Origin: Eledone cirrhosa
Taxonomy: Eukaryota
NCBI GenBank assembly: GCA_964016885.1
Contig: OZ024755.1
Span: 22,134,001 to 22,198,000 of the forward strand
Reading direction: 5' to 3'
Length of the DNA: 64,000 bases
Positions 27,901 to 41,300 of the stretch are shown here, piece by piece. The position numbers and the translations under genes are program-made. A model generated the notes under the pieces. It was not told the origin of the DNA. It did no database searches and worked only from the letters and a program-made list of their open reading frames with translations. How positions within the stretch are numbered: position 1 is the first letter of the stretch; every line of letters starts with the position of its first letter.

Positions 27901-30900
27901 TAGCTAAAGCAAATAACTTTTCGGTCAGTTCAAAATTAAACATTTCTTTAGGTAATTGTTTTTTTGCAGGAACAGCGAAAAGACCCCTCAATAAGGGATC
28001 GATTCCACCTTCTTCCACAACTCTGTAAGGAGAAAAGAAGGCTTTATGTAGCGGTAAATTTCCACTTCTTATTGGCTGGAAAAGTTTATTCAGTCGATAA
28101 ATGACTGGTTGAATGAGCGTGTGTCCTACACGAAAAGCTGCAGTTGAAAATTCATTCGATATTGTAGGATTAACTTGAGGATCATAACCTTTATATTTTC
28201 CAAGAAGTTTCATGCCTTTAGGACCAAGAAAATCAGGAAGCCAGTGTTCATATGTGATGTGCTGCATCATGGCACCAATTATTTTTCTGCTTTCATGATA
28301 CAAGAGAGTTCCATCCCAGTGTGGATTCAGCTGGAGTAACTCTGTTGCAATCTTGTTGTGTTGACGGAGCCACAAAGTATGCATTGCAGTGAGAGCTAAG
28401 TGTTCATTGGCTCGATGATCACCGGCAAGAAAACATGGAAGATGTCGTTTTGTAGCTTCCAGCTGACAGTCAACATTTGCTAATAAGCCATTATTATCAA
28501 ATGGTAACAGAGCTTTTCCTTCTGGTGAAGCTCCGACTTGGAGTAAACCTCGACTTGATGTAAGGTCCCGCAGAGCAGAAGCATCATCAAAAGTACTACC
28601 ATAGACATTGGACCCATCTATAAAAGCTGTTATAGCATTCAACTGTTCACGTGGAGCAAATGTGTTGAAGAAAATTGATGTTCCGCCTGAATTACAAATA
28701 GCACTTGATCTAGAAAATCCCAAACATACGCGATTTCGAATACGCTGGTCACTCAAAGGGACTGGAATAGGAAAGCAAGGGTAATCATTTTCACATGTTT
28801 CGTTACATCCTCTGCCATCACTAAAACGAGCATTACTGATAGATTGGGGAGCCAGATCCATATCATGATCTATAAATTGACCCCACTGCATCAACATATG
28901 TGTGCTGAGGTTATCATTAGTCACATGGTTTGAACCAATCAGAACAGAGGACACAAGTCTAGGGCTTGGTAATGGAATGCCATTATATTCTTTTGATGGA
29001 TTCCAGCCTAGAAAAACACAAAAAAAAACCAGATAAATTAAAACATTTTAACTTTAAATTTCACAATATAAATGCAATAGATTAAAAAAAAAAATTGCAA
29101 AAATAGGGAAATTTTAAAAATTAAACCAAATAAGGAAATGTTATTACCTACTGGCGTATTGAAACCATTTTCATAGCGAGGGGGTAGAAGGCGGCGAAAA
29201 GCTTGGTTGGAAGCTCCGTATGTTGGATTCAGCAGATTGTTACATGTACCATCAAAGGAACGGTATTTCTTTTGGAAACACATATCAGAACAGTCAATAT
29301 TTGGGGAACGACGAAGACAACCAGACAGATTTGCAATCAAATGAATATGTTCAGGTGACAACAACTCTTGATAAGTTAGTTCTGGAAAATTGAAACAAAT
29401 GCAGATGACTTTTAGCTATTAAAAGTTTGAGAAACTACAACTGTTAGATATGCTCATGTATTAATTTGGATATAACGGTTTCTGATTTAGACACAAGGCC
29501 AACAATTTGGTGTGTTGCTGGTACTTTATTTTATTGACCCTGTAAGGATGAAAGGCAAAACTAACCTCGACCCATACAGTCTAATAATAATGGCTTTTGA
29601 TTTAGGCATAAAGCCAGCAATTTTGGGGAAGGAATAGTCAATTAAATCAACTCCCAGTGCATTACTGGTACTTTATTTTATCGACCCTGTAAGGATGAAA
29701 GGTAAAACTAACCTTTGTTCAGCCAGTCTGATAATAATTGTTTCTACTTTTGGCACAAGGCCAGCAATTACCCCAGTGCATTACTGGTACTTTATTTTAT
29801 TGACCCCGTAAGGATGAAAGGCAAAGTTAACCTCGGCGGGATTTGAACTCAGTCCATAAAGGGACGTAACTGTGCTGCAAAGCATGGTGTCTAACCCTCT
29901 ACCGATACTGCCAATCCACTGCGTCTGATAATAATGGTTTCTGATTGAGGCACAAAGCCAACAATTTTGGGGGAGGAGAAAATTGATTAAATCGACCTCA
30001 GTGCATTACTGGGACTATATTTTATCGACTCCATAAAGATGAAAGGCAAAGCTTGATGATGAGAATGTTCAAATTTACTTTACTCAGCATATACTGCTTT
30101 TTTCTTTAATCTCCATTAGCCACCTCAGCATATAGGCATAGGCTCATACATTAGCATTACTTACTATTGACATGTCTGTTTGATATCATATCTGGATAAA
30201 AAAACAAAAGACTTACCATAATCAATGACATTGTATTTATATCCTTCTTTGACATGTTGATAAATGATATCTAAAGTTTGTTCAAATATTTCCTCAGCCT
30301 TTGCCAGTTCAAGGGCCTCAGCTGATGGATATCTGACAACTGAAAGTAAGTCCCTTATAGTGTAAGTTTTCCCTTTTTTAAACAAATGATTGTATGTATA
30401 GTTTGCAGCTACGTTAATTCTGTTGATAGCTTCGTCAGTTGAACTTGTGACAAGATGGTCATTAATAGACACACTTCTTCTAGCTGAAACAACATTAAAT
30501 AGAGGAATGAGAGTTTAAAATAAGAAAACAAAACAAATATTATCTACCATACATTCTTCAAAAACAATGTTATTAATAGCAAACACCAACTTAAATATAT
30601 AACTTCAGACCTTACAAATTAACAAGAGAGGCTCTATATGGTTGGTTAACAGTGTTGTTCTTACCTATTGGCTAAATAAGCTATAGCTTAGGACCTCACA
30701 CCCTTGGGGACCTCAGTGTAGCCAGTACTGGACTTCAAAGCTAAATAAGCTCTAGCTAAAGGCCACACACCCTTGGTAACCTCAGGGTAGTCAGTGCTGG
30801 ACTTACCTATAGGCTAAATAAGCTATAGTTTAGGACCACACACCCTTGAGGACTTCAGTGTAGCCAGTGTTGGACTTATCTATAAGCTAGAGCTAAGGGC

Positions 30901-33900
30901 CACACACCATCGAGCTCCTCATTAAAAAAATATATATATTAATCATTAGTTTTTATTCTTTAACATTAAAACGTCAAAAATTATTTATAATTGTTTTACT
31001 CAAATTCTTTTGCCTCAAACTGCATAGAGCTTAGGGCCTGAGAAGGTGAAAGTCCAGCCCTATAGGTTGACCATCTAAAAAATAAGGAACTAAATCTTCC
31101 ACAAATCACATTTTACTATCTTTAAAAAAAGGGAAGGATGGATTAAATAAGTTAGTTCTTGATAACTCTAAAAAATGGTTTGGTTATTGATTAGAATATG
31201 GTTAATACGCCCAATGGACTTTGGACTGGAGTTAATAAAGATGTAAAGAAAACCTACCCACAACAGAAAGGTAGAAAGAATTTCTATCAATTCCTTCAAT
31301 ATTTTCAGCAATACATTCATACTGCCCAGCATCATTAAACAAAACTCTTTGAATCACTAATGTATTCCCTTCACGTCTGATTCTGTTGTCTGTCTGCAAA
31401 GGTAGACTGTCTTTTTCCCATCGGTAATTTGGAGTTGGCTCCCCATTAGCATCACAAATTAAAGTCACCTGGCTGTTAATATTCACTTCTCTGTCCATCT
31501 GACGATGAACAAAGGAAGGGGCAGCTGAACATTAAAAAATAAAATAAAAAATTAAATATAAAGACATTATTCACATAAAAAATATTAAAAAAAATAATTT
31601 GTATGAGGTTCAGGTAGGATTTGAACTAAAATTATTTGGATTCTGGTTATATATTAAAATTATTTGGATTCTGGTTAAATATTTTCTAGATCCAGCTTCA
31701 TCATAGATTTTTCTTTGTCTTTTTCCTTTTAATATAAACATTTAATATAAGCATGTATGTAAGTAGACAGTGTGTCCCTAGCATTCGCGGTCCTGGTTAT
31801 TTGTGGAATTTTCCTCAGAACCTAACTGATAATTGTTTGTGGAAACTACCGCATATTTGCAGAATCATAAATATCTTCTGCAATTTTTTTAATGGCTTTT
31901 TTCATGGCAATATATATTTTTTCATTCTTTTTAACGCTAACTTATTAATAACAATATACCATATTTGCCAGCCTATGTTTTACGTTTATAGGCATTTTTA
32001 TGGACCGCATCCAATATTCGCGGTTTTTCACTTTCCGCGGGTGCTCTAGGAACGCAACCCCCACGAATAGTAAGCATGGGTTCCATTAATCTGTAGTGAT
32101 AGCAACCTGTCTAGGAGAGCAGATACTCCAAATAAAAACTAATACAGGGTGGAGAGGACTCTTGAGTTTTGTAAGATAACCTCTCTAGTGCTGCTGATGG
32201 CATGAATAATGTACCCAGTCCACACTGTAAAGTTGTTGATGATAGGAAGAACATCCAGCAAGAAAAACCCTGCCAAAATATGAACAGCATTCATCATTCA
32301 TCACGTCCAACCCATGCAGGCATGGAAAAGTGGACGTAAAAATGATGATGATGATGATTATGTGTGTGTGTATGTATAAATAAGCAGATACATATAAATA
32401 TAGTTCTTTACAGTTACAGAAACTTCTACTCCTACCAATTCACATATAATGGTTTTTTATATAGGCACAAGGCCAGCAATTTTTTTTTGGGGGGGGGGAG
32501 TCGATTAAATCGACCCCCAGTGCGTGACTGGTACTTTATTTTATCGACCCTGTAAGGATGAAAGGCAAAGTTAACCTCGGCGGGATTTGAACTCAGATCA
32601 TAAAGGGCCGATACTGCCAATCATCTGCCCTTACCAATTCACATATAATTGTTTCTACTTTTGGCACAAGGCCAGCAATTACCCAGTGCATTACTGGTAC
32701 TTTATTTTATCGACCCCGTAAGGATGAAAGGCAAAGTTAACCTTGGCGGGATTTGAACTCAGAATGGCAAGGGACGTAACTCTATGCGTCAAAGCATGGC
32801 GTCCGACCCTCTACCGATACTGCCAATCCACCGCCCTTACCAATTCACATATAATGGAATCTAGTAATACGATGTATAAGAAATCTCGATGTATAAGAAT
32901 AAATCACTGAATAACTTACTTCTTGGACTTACAGCCAACTGAGCAGTCGCTTCTCTGTAACCAGCAGTGTTCTCAGCACGACATATGTAAAGACCTCGGT
33001 CAAATAAAGTCACTCGTAGAATCCTTAGTTCATTAGTTGTGATTATATAACGACCATTGTTTGGTAAAGCTTCACCTGTCAGTAAAGTTTGGTTTATAAC
33101 ATATCTTTTAAGAATCAACATCAACAATAACAATAGTTTCTTATATAGGCACAGGGCCAGCAATGTTTGGGTGGGTGGTGGGGGTGGGTCGATTAAATCG
33201 ACCCCAGTGCGTGACTGGTATTTTATTTTATCAATCCCGTAAGGATGAAAGGCAAAGTTAACCTCGGCAGGATTTGAACTCAGATCATAAAGGGCCGTAA
33301 CTCTATGCTGCAAAGCATGGCATCTGACCCTCTACCGATACTGCCAATCCACCACCCTAACATCAACATCAACAATAATAATGGTTTCTGATTGAAACAC
33401 AAAGTCAACAATTTTGGGGTACGGGGAAGTCAATTAAATCGACCCCACTGCATTACTGGTACACTGTAAATGTGGTTGGTGTTAGGAAGGACATCCAGCC
33501 ATAGAAACCAAGCCAGAAACAGTTCTGTATGAACAGGAGTCAGTCACCTGATCTGTCTTGTTTCATAATAGGACAACTTGACTGACCCATGCTAGCGGGG
33601 AAAATGGATATTACATGGTGATGAGGTGAATGATGATGATAACATACCTCCTTTCGACCAAGTGATGATTGGAACTGGATTGCCTTGAGCACGACACCTA
33701 AAATTGACTGTGGAACCTTCTGGCACAGTTTGGTCTCTTGGAGGTTCAAAGAAAGCTGGTGGAACTGAAATAATTATTGAAAGTGATAAAAAAATAATTA
33801 TTGAAAGTGATAATTGTTTCTATTTTAGGCACAAGGCCAGCAATTACCCAGTACATTACTGGTACTTTATTTTATCGACCCCGTAAGGATGAAAGGCAAA

Positions 33901-35961
33901 GTTAACCTCGGATAATATTGAAAATGGTAATAGTCAAAAATACGATTGCACATACAAGTGGCTGAAATAAGGTTCTTCTGAAGAGTCTTTGGAGTAATGT
34001 TACTCAATAAAATGCAGAGCTCAGAGATCAGAGTGTTGCACCAGGTAGAGCCACAACTTCTCTGAATTGGGAGATCACATCTCCAATATCATGAATATGT
34101 AGTGAGAATGTCTCAGGAAAGAATCACTGGATAGATTTTATATAGAAAACTACCTAGCAGGAGACCCAGGGGTAGACCATGAGTAAGATGGTTGGATAAG
34201 ATCTATGAACTTGGCTGGTCTTGCTTAAGGATCCAATCAGATCAACTGGAGACAGGACCCCCTGGAAGGAGTGTTTGAGGACTCTGCCCCAACAACCCTA
34301 TTCCCGTGGTTCCAAATTCCTTTTTTTTTTTGTTTTTATGATAATTTCAAATGTTTCTCAGACATTCTACATTGGTCACAAGATTGGTGATATTAAGTTT
34401 TGGGACATTTCATTCCTTGGACTACCATTCAACCTACCATTATCTTGTATTTAATATTGACTACCTTAGTCTACCTAATAATGTATGTGTGTATGTGTAT
34501 GTTGATTTATGCTATGTGTGTGTGATATGGTTTATGCTATGTATGCAAGTGTGTGTGTGTGTAAGAGTAAGTGAAAGGAAGATAGAGAGGAAGAGAAAAT
34601 GTCAGATTGAAAAAGTGTAACAAAAGTAACTTGTCACTGTGATTAAATTATTCTCTAATGACAATAACATGCTTCTTACTTTGTATGGTTATTTGTAATT
34701 CTCTGACAGAAATGCCAGAACTGCTAGAAGCTGTACACCGATAAATGCCTTGATCTTCTGCTTGGATGTTTACAATGACAAGAGAACCAGTTGTTGACAA
34801 AGTTATGTGGTCAGGAGTTGACAAAGGCTGGTCATCTTTAGTCCAGCTAATTCTGGCAGAACTATCTATATTTTCTCCACATTGAAGTTCTATTTGATCT
34901 CCTAATTTAGCCATGACATCCAATAGTCTTCCTTGAAAACCTCCCCTGACTGGAAAAAGCAGAAAGTTTATTTGATATTTAGAATTCATTAAACATATTT
35001 TTGTTACACAGAATAAAAATGAGTGTAGAAAAAAAAAAGGGCTTGGACTCTCCCTCAATTAGACATTGTAACGATGTTGTGGCCCTTTAAAGGTTTTTGA
35101 GGCAACTCATAATAATTGTTTCTACTTTTGGCACAAGGCCAGCAATTACCCCAGTGCATTACTGGTACTTTATTTTATCGACCCCGTAAGGATGAAAGGC
35201 AAACTTAACCTCGGCGGGATTTGAACTCAGACCGTAAAGGGGCGTAACTCTATGCTACAGAGCATGATGTCCGACTCTCTACCGATACTGCCAATCCACC
35301 GCCCTAAAAGAAAATAATAATTGTTTCTAATTTAGGCACAAGGCCAGCAATTACCCAGTGCATTACTGGTACTTTATTTTATCGACCCCGTAAGGATGAA
35401 AGGCAAAGTCAACCTCGGCGGGATTTGAACTCAGATCGTAAAGGGACGTAACTATGCTGGAAAGCATGGTGTCCGACCCTCTACCGATACTGCCAATCCA
35501 CCGCCCCTAAAAGAAAATAATAATAATAATTGTTTCTCCTTTTGGCACAAGACCAGCAATTACCCCTGTGTATTACTGGTACTTTATTTTATCGACCTCC
35601 TAAAGATGAAAGGCAAAATTAACGTCAGTGGGATTTGAACTCAGAATTAAAGGGCCATAACTCTATGCAACAAAGCATGGTGTCTGGTACTCTACTGATA
35701 CTGCCAATAATAATAATAATTGTTTCTACAATTAGCACACAAGGCCAGCAATTTGAAGGGAAGAGGGGAAAGTCAATTAAACCAACCCCAATATGTTACT
35801 GGCGCTAAACTAATAATAATGAACAGAAAATTAAAATTAAGAAGTAAAGAAAATGTTTGTTTTACCGATTTGCCTAGCAGGAAATCTTTGCGAACTTGGA
35901 GGGAAATTTCTCCGTGCTGTATAAAGAAACAAAATGTATTTATGTATTAACATACATACGA

Positions 35962-36023
<62 letters not shown>

Positions 36024-38282
36024 AATTAACGAAGATCACTGCTGGCCAACATCCCGCTCACTCCATGAATCTGCCAATTTGCAGTAATGCAGCTGCAATC
36101 AGCTGTTCAGAGTGCACCACACATTTAGTTAACAACAGATACGGTGGTTGTGCTTTGGTAGAGAGAAAGATGTATATATATATATATATATATATAATGT
36201 AGGAGGTGAGTTTTATTGTAGTACAATAAAGCAATGCAGATATCGGATAAGAAGCACTCTACAATTTGTAGGACTGGAGTATGCATAATATAAGATCAAA
36301 AGATGGTTAAAGGAGTTCCATGTATTTTATTATGCGCATTTCAAAAACAAACATCATCATGCAATAATATTTGTGTTTTCATCAGATAAAACAGGAGAAC
36401 ATGATATGAAGGCTAAAAAACACTTGTGGATAGTGCAGTTTTAAATCAACATATGTTGATATCATGTTCTCCTGTTTTATCTGATGAAAACACAAATATT
36501 ATTGCATGATGATGTTTGTTTTTGAAATGCGCATAATAAAATACATGGAACTCCTTTAACCATCTTTTGATCTTATATTATATATATATATATATATTCA
36601 TCTATATATATATATTCATCCTCCTCTACTACTATCTCTTTACCTTGCCTTGACCCTCACCCCACTTCTCTACACTTCCGACCACCACTAACATTGGATT
36701 CTACACCACCCGGCATCTCTCCAGCCATCCACTCCATAACATGGAAAATATCCAGCATCTCTTCTCACACTCGATGGAACTACCTCGGAACTTACCCACG
36801 AACATATACTCACATTTTTTTTCGCACCACGCCACCCACATATAAACAAACACACACGTGCGTACCCCCACATATACACACTCAACCTCCGGAATCCACC
36901 CCCCCCTCTGACCCCCCTCCTGCCACACGCACGCACACACTGACTTAAACCCTACCTCATGCACACACCTTTTTCTGAACATGGAACCTCGTCCTTCTTC
37001 TCACATACACACACACTCACGTACACCTACACACATACACAAACACCACCTTCAGCCTTCCCTGCTTCGACCCCCCGCCTCCCTCGCCCAACTCCACCCA
37101 CCACCACCCTTACACGCCTCACACCCTTCCACCACTTGCTCATCTTATTGTTTATTTTTACGCTTATTTTTATTTTTATTTGTTCTCCTTCCCCCTTTTT
37201 TCTAAATGTATTTCCACACACCCTCGGAACTCTCTTCCTAACCTATTTATCCTGAAGAAGGTCTTATGCCCGAAATGTCCCCCCTCCCACTCTCAAGAGC
37301 GTGAACCTAATAAACCTTTATTTGTCTGCCTTCCTGTTTTGTTCCTGTCTACATTTGCACTATATATATATATATAGATGTGTTTGTGTTTTTTTTTTCC
37401 ACAAATTTTTTCTTCATTCTTTCCTCTTCCCACTATCTTTCTATTTTATCTTTTATTTCTCATTCTATCTTCTGATGAAGGACTAGTGAAGAAACATTAA
37501 GACTCTTTTCCTATTATTTCAAGTGTTAAACTAATATATTTTTTCATTGTACTGTGTTGTCTGCTTTGTTAGTTCTGTTTACTTTTCACACACTCAAACA
37601 TTCTTAATTTTTCTGAAGAAAAGTTTCTATAACCATATCAGTTTACACTTTGTTGATGTAAAGACTGTTTCAAATAAAATAAGCAGTTAGTAAATAATAT
37701 TTCAGTATAACATGTGAATAATATATATATATATACAGTATATATTTTGAGTTTATGTTGGTTGTATACCAACACCTCAGTATGCAGGCTGGAGCACTCG
37801 ACGAAGTGCGCCGGTTGGTTTGGTTACTCCGGAGTAGTGTAAAATAAAGTTAAATAAAAGTCAAATGATTAAAATTTAGCTTCGTTTATTACTGCTATAT
37901 ATATTTCAGTGACAGCCATCTTTGGCTGTGACCTCTTCAGGCAGTTTGAATTAGTATGGTATAGACAAGTACATATGTTGTTTAGGTGTATGATATTGTC
38001 AATACTCTGATATGCCCAGTTCCTTGTTGGGTTGTTAATTCACTGGGGAACTGGAGTCATATGACTCCAGTTCCCCAGTGAATTAACAACCCAACAAGGA
38101 ACTGGGCATATCAGAGTATTGACAATATCATACACCTAAACAACATATGTACTTGTCTATACCATACTAATTCAAACTGCCTGAAGAGGTCACAGCCAAA
38201 GATGGCTGTCACTGAAATATATATAGCAGTAATAAACGAAGCTAAATTTTAATCATTTGACTTTTATTTAACTTTATATACA

Positions 38283-38332
<50 letters not shown>

Positions 38333-41300
38333 AAACCATAGAAAACAATCATCTACTGTAGACTTTAGGAAACTATACATATGAGAGAAATGGGAGCAAT
38401 TTTAAACAGTCAAAGAAAGGATTGAAGGAAAGATGTAGAAAAATAGGAATGAGAAAGAAAGAAAACCTCAGAGAAAGTAAAAGATGAGATGGAGGTGGCA
38501 GAGAGAGAGGGAGAAGGGATAAAGAGGGAGGAGAGACAGGGAGAGAGAAAGAGAGGGGTGAGAGAGAGATGGATCGACCCCAGTGCATTTCTCATACTTT
38601 ATTTTATCAACCCCGTAAGGATGAAATGCAAAGCTAACCTCGGTGGGATTTGAACTCAGAACGTAAAGGCTTGTAACAACTCGCTGCAAAGCATGTTGTC
38701 TGATGCTCTACCAATTCATGAATCTTGGGTAATGACCGAAAGAATACAATCACGAATACAAGCGTCCGAAATGGGATTCCTCTGAAGGCTCTTTGAAGAA
38801 ATGTTACTTGATAAAGTATGTAGCTCGAAGATCAGAGAGTCACTCCAGGTAGAGCCGCTACTTCTCCGAATTGAGATATCACAGTTCTCATACTATGGGC
38901 ATGTGGTTCAAATATCTCAGGAAAGAATCGCTGGACAGATTTTACGGGTGATAACCAACCGGTAGGAGACCCAGAGGTAGACCCTGAACAAGATGGTTGG
39001 ATAACATCGATGAGCTTGGCTGGTCACGCTTGGGGATCCAGCCGGATCAGTTGGAGATGGTTGCTTCTGACAAGACCCACTGGAAGGAGTGTTTGAGGAC
39101 TCTGCCTCCACAACCCTCTCAGCAATAAGTGGACAAAGAAAAGAAGCAGAAGAGTTAAACAATGTAGAAATTATACATTTTCTAAAAAGAATAAATGTAA
39201 AAATGAAGAACAGCCTAAAAACATGGAAACTTGAAGTCTCTGAATGTTCTTTCAACAAGAGTTGACAAGGTTGCTGTAAAAGATAAGATCAATTTATACT
39301 TACAACTTATTGGTGGTGGAGTTCTTATTGGGGCTTGAGTGGCACGGGGACGATCTAGTGAGAGAAAAATAACAACCATAATTGTTTCTACTTTCGGCAC
39401 AAGGCCAGCAATAACCACAGTGCATTACTGGTACTTTATTTTATAGACTCTGTAAGAATGAAAGGCAAAGTTAACCTTGGCCGGATTTGAACTTAGACAG
39501 TAAAGGGCCGCAACTCTGTGCTGCAAAGCATAGCATCTGACCCTATACTGGCAGACTGAATAGAGAGAGCGTTTCCCCGGACGAAAATGAGGGAGATGCG
39601 CTGGAAGAGACATTTCAACTCGCGAAGCACACACCTGTGGGAAGCCAACTCTATGCCGATGGTGGTGAGTAGGGACGTGGCTCTAGGGCCAAGGGCACTA
39701 GAAGTCTCCACTCCCATGGGATCGACTGCAAACTTGTCGGAGAGCGATTGATATTTTATTATGTAATTAGTGTAACTAATAATTGTTTCTACTTTTGGCA
39801 CAAGGCCAGCAATTACCCCAGTGCATCACTGGTACTTTATTTTATAGACTCTGTAAGGATGAAAGGCAAAGTTAACCTCAGCAGGATTTGAACTCAGACA
39901 GTAAAGGGCCGTAATTCTATGCTGCAAAGCATAGAGTCTGGCCCTCTACTGATACTGCCAATCCACCGCCCTATTAAGTAACCACCACAATGTATTACTC
40001 GGTACATTTTGATGAATTGTTAACTAATTAGATAGTCTGGCTGCTTCCTCTTTGCACCGGTTGTTTCTTTTTACTTTTTCTCCACCCAATGATGAGCAGA
40101 CCATGAAAAACATGGGCGGGGGTGGTGAGAGCAGACCTCAAATTGCTGAAACTCATGGTGGAGATGACGAAGGACCGTGACAAGTGGAGAGATGCTGTGC
40201 TGAATAGGACCCATCCCACCCTTGCAAGCAGGGAAAAGCGGACGTAAAATGATGATGATGATGATTGATGATGATCATCATCAATATGAATTACATATCA
40301 CAGTCTATCACCTTAGTAAAATGGAGACATTGGGTTTATGGTGACAAGCTGCCAATATCATATGGTACAACTTGTTAGTTGAAGCCACATTCTGGTTGAA
40401 TTAATGCAAGAAATTAACAGATTAAAAAATGAACAGAATTTTCCCCTCAAACTGCCAGACTTTGGAACACTCTTCCATCTCATTGTTTTCTTCCTCCTTC
40501 TTAGGCATCTACCATACTCTGAACGCCTTGCTTGGCATGGATACATTGAAGCCCCGACATCTGGCAACTGACTTGGTAAACACCCACAAAATTGTTAACC
40601 ATCTTGCCAACAACAGCGCTGAGCACTGTTTTGGTTTCCATGTGTCTAACACACGTGTGCAAAGTCAGAAAACAGCACAGCTCCCATGACTTTCAGAAAC
40701 ATCTTTTCACGCTCAGAGTTGCTGAAGCATGGAACAAATTACCTGCATCAGTTGTTAGCTGCCGAGACACTGCATCCTTTAAAACCTCCATGCTTCCTGA
40801 AATTCGCCAACACTACACCTAATATCCCCCCTCATACAGACGCACACATGTATATCATGACACATACACTGTTCATATTCCTAACATTTGTACATTATTC
40901 TATGTACTGTACATGCCCCTTTGATGAGCACCTGAGCACTGTACACAATAATTTCATTATTATTTTATTATTCCTTTCCTTTCCTTTCCTTTCGTCTTAA
41001 TTTCTCCTTCTTCATAATTCCTTACACTAAGTAGCTTCACACCTTGTTTTGGATTTTTCTCCTTCTTCTTATGACCTGAACTCTTTCAAGTAAATTCATT
41101 CTTTTCATCTTAATTTCTCCTTCTTCATAATCCCTCATACTAAGTGGCTTCATGCCTTGTTTGGGACTTTGAAATAAAAATAAAATGTATATAACCATTG
41201 AAATGATTTGGAAAGAAATATGTTATTAAACTTTAGAAACTCACTTTCTGGTATTTGTGATTGTAAGAGTGCTGATCGGGAATGTTCCTGGCCAGCAGTG

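Larger units (their letters stand above)
36197..36582. mobile_element. (TA)n-inserted hammerhead-bearing fold-back element, family B
   Basis: Near-identical to 54837-55260 in opposite orientation; flanked by (TA)n; one arm lacks about 39 nt. Confidence 0.8.
37844..38277. repeat. 434-bp spacerless palindrome
   Basis: Centre GGAGTCAT|ATGACTCC at 38060/38061; arms read as exact reverse complements. Confidence 0.93.

Noticed and set aside
36688-37255. Cluster of overlapping Pro/His/Thr-rich ORFs
   Set aside because: Low-complexity C/A-rich DNA; at most a decayed retroelement end, with no convincing GIY-YIG or RT motif
37785-37835. Twister-like or other ribozyme in a small GC hairpin
   Set aside because: Simple stem-loop only; conserved twister motifs are not present
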